A stretch of DNA of 63,024 bases, filler included, from Asterionella formosa (lineage: Eukaryota): the NCBI GenBank assembly GCA_002256025.1. It is 13 parts of 13 records of this genome, joined end to end, with 100 filler letters (N's around TTAATTAATTAA, not from the genome) between each part and the next. Parts side by side here need not be neighbours in the genome. Positions count along the whole stretch, not along the records: positions 20,665 to 37,725 come from NKIB01004577.1; 12 more parts are not named here. One strand, 5' to 3'. Made by a program: the position numbers and the translations under genes. This document shows, piece after piece, positions 25,164 to 37,187 of the stretch. The number at the start of each line of letters is the position of its first letter. The first letter of the stretch is position 1. The notes beneath the pieces were generated by a model. That model searched no databases and was not told where the DNA came from. It saw only the letters and a list, made by a program, of their open reading frames with translations.

Positions 25164-26793
25164 ATATCATGCACTTCGCAAAAAGCTGAAATCATTTTCA
25201 CAAAATGTTGCTTGAATTGATCTTGATAAATCATATTAATCCCATCGGAATGTCCTGTCTTCATTTATTTTCTCGCATTGTGGTCTTTCGTTCACTTGTA
25301 ATTTCAGCACGATGGAGGAGCTTCACCTAAGATGGTCATCTAATATTTTTATACCTGCAAGTTGAGTTAAATTATTGTTATATCAAGCCGTGCTACCTAT
25401 GTACAACTTCGTGCCCGCAAAAGTATGTGGTACAACCAGCATGATAGTGTGGCCACCAAGCAGCATAATTTCGCCATTATACTGTCGTGATCGCTTTTGT
25501 TGGTTGATAAATATTGTCGCAAACCCATATAATTACAAGTGTGATCACATAATTATTTGATAAGTAAAATAAATTTTGGTTTGACCAAAGCAAATTAAGG
25601 AAAAAGCAACATTAAATTTTAGAAAAGTAACTTAGAGATACTTCAGGAATAAATCCGAAAAGTGCTGTAAATGGCGTCTTAGATGTATCATAGTGCGGGG
25701 GGGAAGACAAATCCACAGCAAGATGCATAGCTTGCTTAGTACAATAATTCTTAAAGTGCACTGGATTTCAAAGTGATGCATTTCTTGGTTTTACAATCAT
25801 AGTCTGACTCCACTACTAGTTTAGTATGCGTATGGAAGTTTTCAGGGTTAGAGATGATTCAGTTTTTGATTGAGTAATTTAGATGCTACAGGGTATGAAT
25901 TCCTAGCAAGGATGATAATTCAATAATAGAACTAAATTAATTATTTCTGACTTACTAGTTAGACTTCCTCAAACAGTGAATATTGGATGGCCATGTGACA
26001 TTGTACTTTAACACATTATACTAAGGCCTCAAACACTGCCCTCTGTTTATCCACACCATGAAAGAATCGGTCAACAAGTATTTTGAAGTTGGTACAAAGC
26101 CTATGCATACTTGTGTACAGGAGGGAGCATCAGGCTAATAACATACAATCAGCAAGGAGCCCATGTGGCTACTATTAGAGTGTGGAGGAGAAATATTTTG
26201 TAACTGTTTGTTGTAATAGGTGTGAGTCAGGCAAGGGGCCTATGTGGGTTTTAGAGTATGGTGATTATATTGAGCAAACTTGATTTAATGAGTGAGGATA
26301 GAACTGACAACATAACATGTCAGAACAGCTTTAAAGCAGGAGTGTTTGCAGAAAAACTTGAATAGATATGTAATTTGTGGTTTGCATCAGAATAAGGAGA
26401 GAGAGATATTGATGAATATATTGGAAGCTATGAATGATGAAATCGATAATTTATCAATAATCAGATAAATGAAATGCTGCAGTCAAAATGAATTGATAGC
26501 TAGAGGAATTCTGGAAGTTTGTTCAAGGCAGCTTGTTTGATTTGCTGGTAATCGAAATGATAGAAAAAACACTGGGATATAGGCATATTATTGCTGGAAC
26601 GGAGGTCTTGAAAGTGCTGGAATTGACTTGTTCTGAGGTGTCATTGACTGAAATCGGAGTGGTGACAGGCTTAGACAATAAATAAATTAGCAATACTTGA
26701 TGAAACGATGAATTCAATGGTAGATTAGTAGTTGAGAGAAGAGACGCTTGGATTTCCAATGCAGTAGAGAGATCAGAGGAAAGTTAAATTCTT

Positions 26794-27670
26794 ATGGCCT
26801 TTGGTCCCAGATGGCAGAGAGTGTGGGCGGCAGCAATAGAAAACAGTTTTTTGGATTTTCCGGAGGGTTTAGGGGTCCTTCAGGTAACTATGAGAGGACT
26901 GACCTACCTTGGATACTCAGAGGGTCAAGAAGCACCATCTGTGGTCCCCTATGAAGCACCTCCTTCATCTGATACCAAAGCCCCAGAAATTGATTCTCCA
27001 ACTTGCTTGGTCTCTGATGTATAATAAAGGAGAAAATTGGTGTTCCCCATGAATGGAGATGATAACTGACAGGAAGAGATCGCTACGAGCCGGAACGAAG
27101 GGCAATTGGTCTCACATTGCTGATGATACTACCGCTGACGAGGATATGGAACCCAACTCCAACCTTATTCCTCTTTTTGAAAATCCATTTCGGAACCTCC
27201 ATAATACAGTCCAACAATCAGCAAAGAACAGCAAGTAGCTAAGAGCCGAAAATGTGCTTCCTGGGAGTGGATGCCTACCATCATCTTCTCCAGTTCAACA
27301 AGTAGCACGAGAATTAGAAATATATGCACCAACAATCATCCCATGTGAATATAAACTTACCTCATTTGGACCCTCCTTGTACCAGCTTAACTTCGAAGCA
27401 ATAATGAGGCACCTACTGAAACCTTACAATCTTGAGAAGAAATATGCTAAAGAAGAAGGATTGAGGGAACCTGTGATGTGGGCATTCATGTTAGATGGCG
27501 CCAAAATTACAAACAATTTACAGCACCTTTTCGCAGGATGCAAGATTGTCGACAAAAGGGCAATGGATCCACTTACCAATACGCCTTTCCTTTTAAATAG
27601 TAATTATGAAAGCAGGGATAGTTGTTTCTCAATGATCATGCTAATGTCGAATGATAAAAAGGAAGTATAC
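26794..27670 (+). pseudogene. Decayed ORF, possibly a DNA-transposase remnant (family not identified)
   Basis: Frameshifted pieces including VMWAFMLDGAKITNNLQHLFAGCKIVD..DP, a hydrophobic strand ending in DG like the first DDE aspartate. Confidence 0.3.
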
Positions 27671-28812
27671 AAGGTTGTTGTCATTAAGGGAGCCAAACTG
27701 AACAAACGGAGAAAGCGCATTATTGCCACCATCAACATCACGGAAACGAAGATTGATAGACAGTAGTTGATGTTGCCTATCATACGAAAAATTAGAGCCT
27801 CTATCGGCAATTCAAGCCTTGAATTCACCACCCAAATTGTGTATGGGATGAGCAGAACATACCAACATCCTTACAACGTCTGTATGCAAAAGAGGCAGCA
27901 CGTGCTGTGCATCCTCGTTTTGAGGGGCAGGTTCTCTAAAATTCCACCCAAAAAATCGCCGTAGACTTGTTAGCTCACCAGTTGAGACTATTCGAATCCA
28001 GTGCGTATCAGTAGACGTATTCATGCAACTAGTAACAAGGGAGGAAGGTAGGAAAATTTTCAGATGTTGCTGTTTTCTTGGTTGCCACAACCAAAAAATC
28101 ATCATCCCCACCGTCACTTCGTCGTTTTTGCTCATCAATCATCCATTTGTGGAAAAAAGAACCAACATTCCCAGCTAACAGGTTGATTGTGCTGCTTGAT
28201 ATAAATAGAGCCGCTTTGATGATAGGGCTACTATTTACTTCCCTGACACAATGAATGAAACAATAGATCCATTCACTGTAATGACAACTCGCTTTGTTCA
28301 TCCTCTGCTATGTCACTAACTCCATTTGTGTCACTTCTCTTTCTAGTATCTGCCTCAATTGTAATTCCATGTGAAAAGAAAGATTGTTGTGGCTGTAATG
28401 GAGGAATGATAGAATAAAAAATTGTTTTCAAGTCCATCAAGGGACAAACCCAAATCAGAAAACGATTGGAAAGAAGTTCAGGCAACTCAACAATCAATGG
28501 ATCAGCTGGGATATGGGCCGCAAGTTCAGGATAGTCCATTGGTTGACTGCAGTGATGAAGCAGCATCCAACACAAATCTTGATTAGTCTAACTAGGCAAA
28601 GGATTAGTAGGCAACGAAGGTTGTTCATTGATGGCAATGTCCTGAAATGGTGCTACATCCCACAGATCCACCTGATTGACTAACAAACTCGCCTGTTGAT
28701 AGCATAGCCTTAAATGTATCAATGTAGACAGGCTTGTTAGCTATTGACCTACTTTTCAATTCAACAACAGTCGCAAATGTTACCACCATGGTTGTTGAGA
28801 GTCACTAGCTTT

Positions 28813-28998
28813 GGGGGAATGGCTTAGTGGTTAGCACACATGTTGCGGTGGCAGGTTCGATTCCTGCATTCTCCACCTGTCTTTTTCATGTGCGTAGTCC
28901 CTAGGGTTCTGGTGGTGCGGCTGACCAAAAGACAGGTCCCGTTGTACCATACAGACGAATAAAGCTGGTACTAATTGTGTCCATTTATTCATTTATTT
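28813..28998 (+). mobile_element. tRNA-derived SINE-like element
   Basis: Pol III A box TGGCTTAGTGG and B box GGTTCGATTCC. T-stem gcagg/cctgc and acceptor stem ggggaat/attctcc pair, but there is no full anticodon arm. A unique body, AATAAA and an ATTT/ATTC tail follow. Confidence 0.7.
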
Positions 28999-29253
28999 CT
29001 TGGGCACGAGTGCGATTATTGGATAGCTTTAACGTACTAGTATAAGATTTGATTCATAATTTTTTACCGATATCTGGGAAACTGGTACTCCCTCTGTCCA
29101 GTAACAGTTGCATCGATTCGCCGGCACCACCAGTGTCTTTACTGTTCGTATATGAAGGATTATGTAGCCAACATACAAAATTTCTATGTTAGGGTAGGCT
29201 TACTCGAAAAAATGCGTTTTTAATTAGCATTTAAATAAATTAATCGAAACCAA

Positions 29254-29829
29254 TTTAAGGTTGCGGCCCCGCAGTTACACAATACATGATGGACCTCAAT
29301 CCACACATTAAATACAAGTAAAAAAATAGTTAAAGCTAGAATTAGCTTTCACCAATATGACCACTTTGCACATGCTTAGATACAGTCATGGGTCGACTTA
29401 GGGGTATGTTCTATCTTCGGATATGTTAAGGACCTCATTTCTGGAAAGAAACTGCAGTTATGTATCGTAGAATCGTAACTATCGCAAAAATAGTCCAAAA
29501 AAAAGGGGCCACGAAGCTTTCTAAAAATCTAAGATACATAATTGCAGTTTCTCTCCAGAAGTTAACTCCTGACGTTATAGGGTACACGGCTATCTACTTT
29601 AATCTTGATGAAACCCCGCAGATGTAGAGCAATCCTCCTCCAAAAAGTCGACCCGATCGGCTTTTTCAACAGTCGCCAAAATATTGGAATCGGAATTTGT
29701 ATGTGCAAAACGTTCTCGTAGACTTAGAGTCTTGCGTAGGTATGTTTTGCTGCTTAACTCTCAGTCCGAAAAGGCTCCAGGGTACGTTGCCGCGTCACTA
29801 CACATATTCTGATTGGTTGCATTGAATTT
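29254..29829 (-). repeat. Repeat family A, inverted copy
   Basis: Reverse complement of 6839-7456. Confidence 0.85.
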
Positions 29830-30140
29830 ACTTACCTGCTCCTGATTGGCTGAAGCATTCCGGTCTTGTAAAATCACGCCAGCCATGATTCTGTAGCTTA
29901 GAGCAAGCCCCACAATAGGGCAATTGAGCCGGAGAAAATCGTAGGAGTCAAAATGGCCCAGGAGAAATTTGAATTATCGATGGGGGGTTACTAGACAGAG
30001 GGATCATATAAAAATACATATCTACTGTTTTCAGTACCGGTACTCATAAATTAAAATAGCGCCTTCACCACAGCGAAAGGAGGCAGAGCATTTATTACAT
30101 CGTTATTAACAACAAGACTCTGTCGAGGAAGTTTGAAATA

Positions 30141-30827
30141 ATGACATTGACAGTCACTCGCTTTCTTGTGGTCGTTTCATCGTGGCATTTTCTAATAGCT
30201 ATCTCGATGGTCGTGGTCGATGCCTTCGCGGTTCACTCTTCCGTTGCGAGGATGCAATCAACTACCGGTACTTTTCCTGTATATTCAATGAGCTTACATT
30301 CATCAGCACATTCGTCCGATGTTGTCGACCGTCTCGATCTTACTGCTTCCTTCGGCCGCTGGCGCTTCCTGCAGCGCCTTCTCGATGAAGACGCAAAAAA
30401 TACTGATGTCAATCAAGTCCTTTACGCGGTCTTGGTCGGGTTTCTAGAAAGACCACGCAGAAAGGAAGAAGTACCGAACGAAATGGTATCGCCAATTTTG
30501 AATGATTTCAACCGCAACATTATTGAGGGGGTGTTGGTTGTCAATGCTGAATCAGTCGATTTGTTTGGTGACGACAGCACAATCAACGAACATGTACTGG
30601 GAGAACTCGAACGGCTTTTGCCAGACCCCGTTGAGAACGGAGATGCCCACAAGGGTGCATGGGATACTGTGTGCGAGATTCATGGGCGTGGGTCTGTCCA
30701 GGTTAATGAGGGAAAGGCAAGAAAGAGTTGGAAAGCAGTTTCATCGATTGCTCGGTTGTTGATTTACTACGATTTCCTAACACCTGATTGGTATGAGTAC
30801 AAGCGCAAAGCGATACAAGCTAGTTGA
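30141..30827 (+). CDS. Hypothetical protein, probably plastid-targeted
   Basis: 228-aa ORF with a hydrophobic signal ending VVDA|FAV (ASAFAP-like) and a Ser/Thr-rich transit-like region. Confidence 0.7.
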   Translation: MTLTVTRFLVVVSSWHFLIAISMVVVDAFAVHSSVARMQSTTGTFPVYSMSLHSSAHSSDVVDRLDLTASFGRWRFLQRLLDEDAKNTDVNQVLYAVLVGFLERPRRKEEVPNEMVSPILNDFNRNIIEGVLVVNAESVDLFGDDSTINEHVLGELERLLPDPVENGDAHKGAWDTVCEIHGRGSVQVNEGKARKSWKAVSSIARLLIYYDFLTPDWYEYKRKAIQAS

Positions 30828-31133
30828 CTTGAGGAAGATTCAGGAATAAGTGTTGAGCAGGGCGTGGGGAGTCAGTGAGTGGCTACATTCAAATTTCAAT
30901 TAGAGCCTATTCCAGATCTTCTTCCTCCAATCATGCGCGTCTAGTTGGACGATAAGCCGGAAAAGGGAAACAGTGCAACTTCATTTAGAGTAGTTTTGTT
31001 TTTTGCCATCTTATCCCTTCATGACGATGGATAACGTGGCGGAAACGACAGATTTGCAATCAGGCCAAGTTCAAAATGGTAACCATTAGAATCTGGACTG
31101 ACATTCGCTAGGAAGCAAAACGAGCAAATGGAC

Positions 31134-31864
31134 TTAGCATGGAGGCTGAAGAGGGACTGATCCAGGGATAACAGCTTGGAAATAAAGTCCAGCGATTCCA
31201 ATCATAGCCAGACGACCGTTCTTGATCTCGACATCGCGTCCACGAGCCTTGGCCTCTTCGGATTTTTTGGAAGAAAGGCCGAAAGGATCGTAGAGACCAG
31301 GAACCATGTTCTGTTGGAAACAGAAGTTTGTGAATCTTACATTTGACCATTGCGAGGAACATAATAGAAGCAATGTTAAAAACATACCTTTCCTGGGACT
31401 CCTCCACGAAGGTAGTGAGTTCCGCGTCGGGAATAGAAGAGTTCATCGTGGAATTCAATGAGTCCAGCAAACAGAAGGAGCTGAGCTTTTCCCCATCCAG
31501 GAACAGCTTCCCAAGCATCCAAACCCTTGTCAGGAAGTGACGCGAACTCTTGTCCAAATGAAAGCTCACCAGGAAAATGAAGGCCAGCAGCGACAGCCCA
31601 CCATCCAACGAAGGCAGCCATGGCAATACGTCCATGCTTGACCTCGGAATGACGGAACCAGGCAAGGGTTTCATCAGAACCAAGTTCGGCAAGGCCAAGA
31701 GGATCCCAAACTTTTCCAAATTCAATTGTGTTTGGGGAAGCAAGAATCTCCGCCTTGGTCACCATGGACATTGGAATGGATGTTTTTCTGCTCGTGACCA
31801 TTGGAGGAGCAAAGGCAGCAGCGCTGCTAGCAGCAGCGAGGAGAATAGCGGCGGCGATCTTCAT
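31134..31864 (-). CDS. Light-harvesting (fucoxanthin-chlorophyll a/c binding) protein, two exons (31864-31388, 31310-31134), 217 aa
   Basis: AAA|FAP targeting motif, WDPLGLA, RHSEVKHGRIAMAA, YDPFG and EIKNGRLAMIG. A 77-nt GTATGT..CAG intron joins the frames. Subfamily not assigned. Confidence 0.95.
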
Positions 31865-32183
31865 GCTCGAGGTTTAGAAACGATTGAGGCAAAGCAAGCA
31901 ATCAGTCTGTTGCAGCAAGTAACGAGAAACCACAACAACCACGTTTGCTTAAACATTAGGCTCCGATCTTTGCAAAAAGATTGCCTCAAGTTCGACTGCC
32001 TAGACTCCTATCAAATCAAATTCTCAGCAGGCAGGCAGTACCAGGTACCGTACTCAGAAATATTAAAACCGGTACTCATAATATGAATTAAAAACCGTAT
32101 TGGTCACCTGTGACCTGACTTTTGACTTCCACAGTACCAGGTACATAGCGGTATATAGTACATATACCTATATAATAGTCCCG

Positions 32184-32422
32184 AAATTCTACCAAGGTAG
32201 TATTTTCTCGTAGGCCTCGGTAGTCTTCTACTGAGGACAGAAAATACCTCCAAGGTATTGGCAAATATTTACGTGGTCAGTATGAGGTATGTACCAGCTC
32301 AAAATTCTACCTTGTAGAATTTTTGGTAGAATTTTTTCCCTCGTTTGGGTAGTATATTCTACCTCATCATAATAACTAGGTTAGGGTTAACAGTGATATT
32401 TTCCAGGGCGAAAATTCTACCC
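32184..32422. repeat. Cluster of AAATTCTACC motifs in both orientations upstream of the Crypton ORF
   Basis: aaattctacc at about 32184, 32302 and 32413, attctacc at about 32356, and inverted gtagaattt at about 32314 and 32327. Confidence 0.7.
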
Positions 32423-32512
32423 ATTGTATTGTTATCAACCATCACGCCTTGTGAATCAAGAATACCTCCTGTAGCAGATAAGGGCTTACAATAATATAAT
32501 AATATAATCATC

Positions 32513-34578
32513 ATGACAAGGACAAGAGGAATGAACGAGCCTCAACAATGGGCTCAATATAAGAGGATACTAGCTGCTATGATGTCCTATAGAGATGGAA
32601 TGGACTATGATTTCAACTTTGAATTTAGTCAAGAGCAGCTAGCTAGGTAAATTGCAGCCCGAGGACATCTACAAATGGATGGCGTTCAAAGTGTATAGTT
32701 GTCCAGACCCAAATGGCGATGACAATCCAAAATTAGGCCGATCAACTTCCCTGCAGTACTATAAAAAAGCACTGTCATACTTTGTGCCAAACAAACTTGC
32801 CAGTTGGAATAGTCTCATCAGGTGTGGCAACCCAACCAGGTCAATTCCTGTCAATGAACTGATCAAGGCAGTGAAAAGAAAGAGGTGAGAAAACAAGGGA
32901 AAAAATCAGCAGCAGTACGGCGTCTGGAGTCGGATGAGTTCACCAACACTATTACTTGCCTTCGATCATGCTCTGATGGCGTCTGGCGCTACCAGATGCC
33001 TGCACTTTGCACATTCCAGTTTCAAATGGTTGGCCGCATTGATGATTGTTGTCAACTAAGAAAAGAAAATGTACTGCCCTGTGTGCGCTTTCCCTTTGCT
33101 CTGATCTGCCAGCTGTGCTGGTCTAAGAATGTGAAAGAGGAGAGAGAGGCACCCAAACAAATTCTCCTTGGAGCCATATCACCGCTCTATTGTGTTCTTC
33201 TTTCCATGTCGATCCATCTTGAGACGGAATCAATGGACAAAGGCGCATCCCCTGAAAATCCCTGGTCTTCCCTCTTGAAGAAACCAACAATCCAATAGTT
33301 GCGAAAAAGAGGGCAGATGAGATCCTGAAGGAGGAATGGAACAATGGTGAGTTCCAGAGATTAAATAGTGGTCCGTTTGGAACACACAGTCTACGAAAGT
33401 ATCCATCGACATATTCACGACAATGCGGCTGCTCGTGAGACAATATTGATTTTAGAGGGCGCTGGAAACGAACAAAGAAACAAATGGATACTTACATTGA
33501 TGTGGAGCTTCCTTATCCTGATGCAAAGGTTGCTGCTTCTCCTTGCATTGGAGGACCATGTAAGGATGTCCTTGTTGAGAATTGCGGACTCTTGGATGAG
33601 TGGCTTCTGGAATATGTTGTTCCAAATATTTCCCTACAGTATCCACGGGCTGTAGCATTGACGTTGCCCCGCCCACTTTTGTGGGCTTCTTTTGAGTCAA
33701 CCCTACAAGAGTACCTACCACCTGCACTGACGCGCCGAATTCGGTCGGCATACGCATTTGTTCGCCGTCTACCACAAGGCAAAAATCCTGTCAAGAAACG
33801 GTTGGTTGTTGTCACTGGTTCAGAGGCGGAGCTGTATATTGATGAAATTGACACTGAATTTATGCACACAGTTGGAGGACAGGAGGATGGAAGTGGTGGT
33901 GTTGTGGCGCAAGTAGGACTCACAGGTGCAAGAGGGACAGAAATCCGCTGAGTTAGTCAGCAGAGGAACGAACTCCTTGGGCTGTACAGTCAACAGAAGG
34001 AAACACAAAGGGATGTGAAGCAGTTGCAGGCACAAGTCGAATTGATGGCCAAGGATATCCGCAAGCTCAGCATGGCTTTTAACAGATTCTCAAGGATACC
34101 AGGGCAAAGGTTTAGAGGCTCCGGTGTTCCTCCAGTTGCGGTGGTTCCATTGGCTATGACAGCACCAACTACAATTGGAATTGATGCAGATGTAGAGGGA
34201 CAAATCAACAACGAACAAGCCGGTGAAAATTTGCTAGCTGACTTTGGTTCTTTTATGGTTCCAGCCTATAACAGTAGTCTCAGCAAGACTCCAAAGTCAC
34301 TGTTTGTTCTATGGCAGGAGTTTGAAGTCGGAATTGCAGGGAGAAAGGCAGCCAGGCTATTTACAAGGGTTGAGAGGGGGAGGAATAAATTCATTTATTA
34401 TCGGCGCAAGGTTGTATGGGATTCAGTTGCAGAGCAGATAAGACATGGTTACAGTGCTCAGACAGCGATTGACAGAATCTATGAGGTGTATGGTCAAGAA
34501 CTTTCAGTGACCCAAATAATCAACAAAATGCTTATTGATCGATGCACACCAGGTGGAAATCCACAACTACGTATTTAG
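32513..34578 (+). mobile_element. Crypton (CryptonS-like) tyrosine-recombinase transposon ORF with a C-terminal GCR1_C-like domain, disrupted
   Basis: YYKKALSYF and GNPTRS; recombinase residues in VGRIDD, SKNV, GTHSLRK, RGRWK and MDTYID; C-terminal LSKTPKSLFVLWQEF..GRKAARLFT..YYRRKVVWD. Frameshifts near 32650, 32885, 33290 and 33950, and a stop near 33436. Confidence 0.88.
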
Positions 34579-35021
34579 TTAACTAGTACCACATTAACTA
34601 GCATGCACGTTATTACATTCTCATTGTTTCCATTTCATGTTGTTATACATTTGATTTCATTTGCCGATGTGTTAATAATATGTATTGTACACATAGAGTT
34701 AATAATCAATGTACACATATGTACATACTATATATAGCATTGCACGATGAAATACCAGGGTAGTCTAAACGGTACTCCTACCTGATTGTCTTACTGATGA
34801 TCTGGAAACGTTCATGATCAGGTGCTGGCTTTGTACACGGTGCTAGTAAATTACTAGTGCACTAGCTTCCACTACGGGTACCATTCTCTGTCGAATAAAA
34901 AGTGAATACCTATATAATACTAATACTAATACTAATACTAATAGAAGTATCGACAACTATATCATCAGTAAATGTGATGACGATTATATATATTGTTTCC
35001 GCTATTCTGATTGGTGGAGAT

Positions 35022-35200
35022 AATCTTGGGAAACGAAGATTGTTCCTCAAGAAAATACGAAGATTCGCTCTTGGGTCTATGTCGGGGATGACGGCGAACG
35101 AAGATTAAGCAATCTTCGTGATCGAGTCATTTAGCCCCTAAGGGACGAAAATACGAAGATTAAACGCCCAACAGGTATCCGGGCGACTCAATCTTCGTAA
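35022..35200. repeat. Cluster of ACGAAGATT/AATCTTCGT motifs in both orientations
   Basis: acgaagatt at about 35033, 35057, 35098 and 35153; aatcttcgt at about 35111 and 35190. Confidence 0.75.
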
Positions 35201-35456
35201 TTCGGGCACCGTAAGACGGGGCCTTAGTTTCAGATTTCTTTACCGGCCAAAATGTCCTTATCATGGCAAGCAATTCCAGCATATACCGGTACTTAACGTC
35301 TCCACGCTGTTGTCATACCAATATTTCATTACCGGGACTACACCTTTACCGGTACCTATTTTTAGTACCTATAAGGCAGAATGCAACAACCGCGGAAAAG
35401 TCCCACTGCTGGTAAGCTGATTCCACACTTTTTATTCATGAAACGAAAAGAACAAA

Positions 35457-35813
35457 ATGAAGTTCTTCTACTTCGTTACCGTTAGTCTCCTTCTGCTGAT
35501 TGGAAGTGAAGCACACAATGGCCATCACCATGATGGAGACAGGGAGGGAAGTTTGATGAAGAAAAAGAGCCATAATTTGAGGCATTTCTTTAGCCATTCT
35601 CAAGATGGGCACGGACATGTTCACAATTCCCACAAGAATTCTCATGGCAAACACAGTTCTGATGAATCCGCCAGTGCTGAGAAGTCTTCTGATGGCGAGG
35701 ACAGTTCTGATGAATCCACCAGCGCCGATACATCGTCTGATGTAGAGGTCCAAGGCCACCAGGTCGCAGATGCTGATGTTGAAGTGCCTGCAGATGAGTC
35801 TCTCTCTGTGTGA
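35457..35813 (+). CDS. Small secreted protein with a His-rich N-half and a Ser/Asp/Glu-rich C-half
   Basis: 118 aa. Signal peptide MKFFYFVTVSLLLLIGSEA, then HNGHHH..HGHVHNSH and repeated SSDES/SSDG/SSDV units. Confidence 0.75.
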   Translation: MKFFYFVTVSLLLLIGSEAHNGHHHDGDREGSLMKKKSHNLRHFFSHSQDGHGHVHNSHKNSHGKHSSDESASAEKSSDGEDSSDESTSADTSSDVEVQGHQVADADVEVPADESLSV

Positions 35814-37187
35814 ATAAGTAACTCGATATAACCATTTTCCTTTATAAATAATCTATATAATTGAAAACTATGAAAGCAATCTGGGTTCTCTTGATTACAT
35901 GGGTAGAATAGTTGTTGCAGGGGCAGCAATGTGTGATTGCAAGGAGAGGAATAACGGCATATTTTACTTTATGATGGTATCAGATACAGTACATTCTACT
36001 AGTAAGAATAGGTGCAATAGTAAATACTCCAAATCTCCTTTCAAACAAGAAATTATCTCATTGCTTGATCACATGCAACTATGCCTGTACTCAAAATTTT
36101 CCAGTTTTCCAGGTTCATTATTAACGCTAAAACTTGTTTTGCTAGTTTCCCCGAGTTATGGATGAGGCATGTCAATTAACCCCGTGTGTACAAGCATGAG
36201 GATTGAAGACAATGCATGTGAATTCCCATGAATTCCCCCAAGTTTTTGATGAGGCTTGTCAATTAAACCCTATAGTACTTTTTATAACAACTAGTACAGA
36301 GTAATCATTGGTCAACATTCATTGTTTGATACCCCTAAAAATCAATTAGCATGACAAAGCTAGTGACTCTCAAATGACAATGGCGGTAACTTTTAAGACT
36401 ATTACAGATCTAAAAATACCTTAAGAGGCAACATGACTGTCTATTTGGATTCATTGGAAACTTTGTATGACTGTTATAGTAAATGGGTGAGTTTTTCTAC
36501 ACAAACATAGGAACAGTATTGTGGGACCAGAATTTACTAGCTTCATCATGTATTTTTTCATGAATCATGGTATGATGGTATGTCATATTCGCTAGTAAAG
36601 CTGTACTATTTTTAGTCGAAAATCAATCAAACAATCAAATGGTTATTGAGGTGACAATGTAAAGGAGTAGTAGTGTTATGCTAAAACTGTATTTCTTTAC
36701 AAAATTGTAGATGTGATTATCATTTTCCCTTGTGGCAGTTCTTGGCAATGAGATCTTCCAATATCATTGCTTGTCACTATGCTGTTTGCATGATTGTTGT
36801 TTGTTGTTGGTTGTGGGCGCTTATGTGTAGCTACTGAAAGCAGTCTTGTTCTTGCTTGATTTTGTTTATGTTGTTCATTGCTGTTGTGGCACTTGTTTTA
36901 TGATTAAGCATTTGATGCATTGTTGATATTCTTTCCAGGCAGGGGAACAATGGTTCAGTTGGTTGGGCACCATGTTGCTTTTGATTTCAAGTTGTGTGGT
37001 TCAATTCCCACAAAAAAAGTTGAGAAGGAATGGTTGGGTTTTCGACTCCCACACTCTTACCATGGGTCATGCCTGGTATGCGAGAAATAGTCCGTGGGTT
37101 TCCTCCCGATGTACAAGTTGGAGTGGATCAGAGTTTACCATCAGTTACATTTGTTGATATTCCGGTACCTGGTACCAGGTACCAGGT

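Noticed and set aside
28813..28877. Functional tRNA gene
   Set aside because: The anticodon arm is missing and the D-arm is degenerate; treated as a SINE head instead.
32376..32390. Telomere-like TAGGGTTAGGGTTA (also TAACCCTAACCC near 55237)
   Set aside because: Only two units each, located inside transposon sequence.
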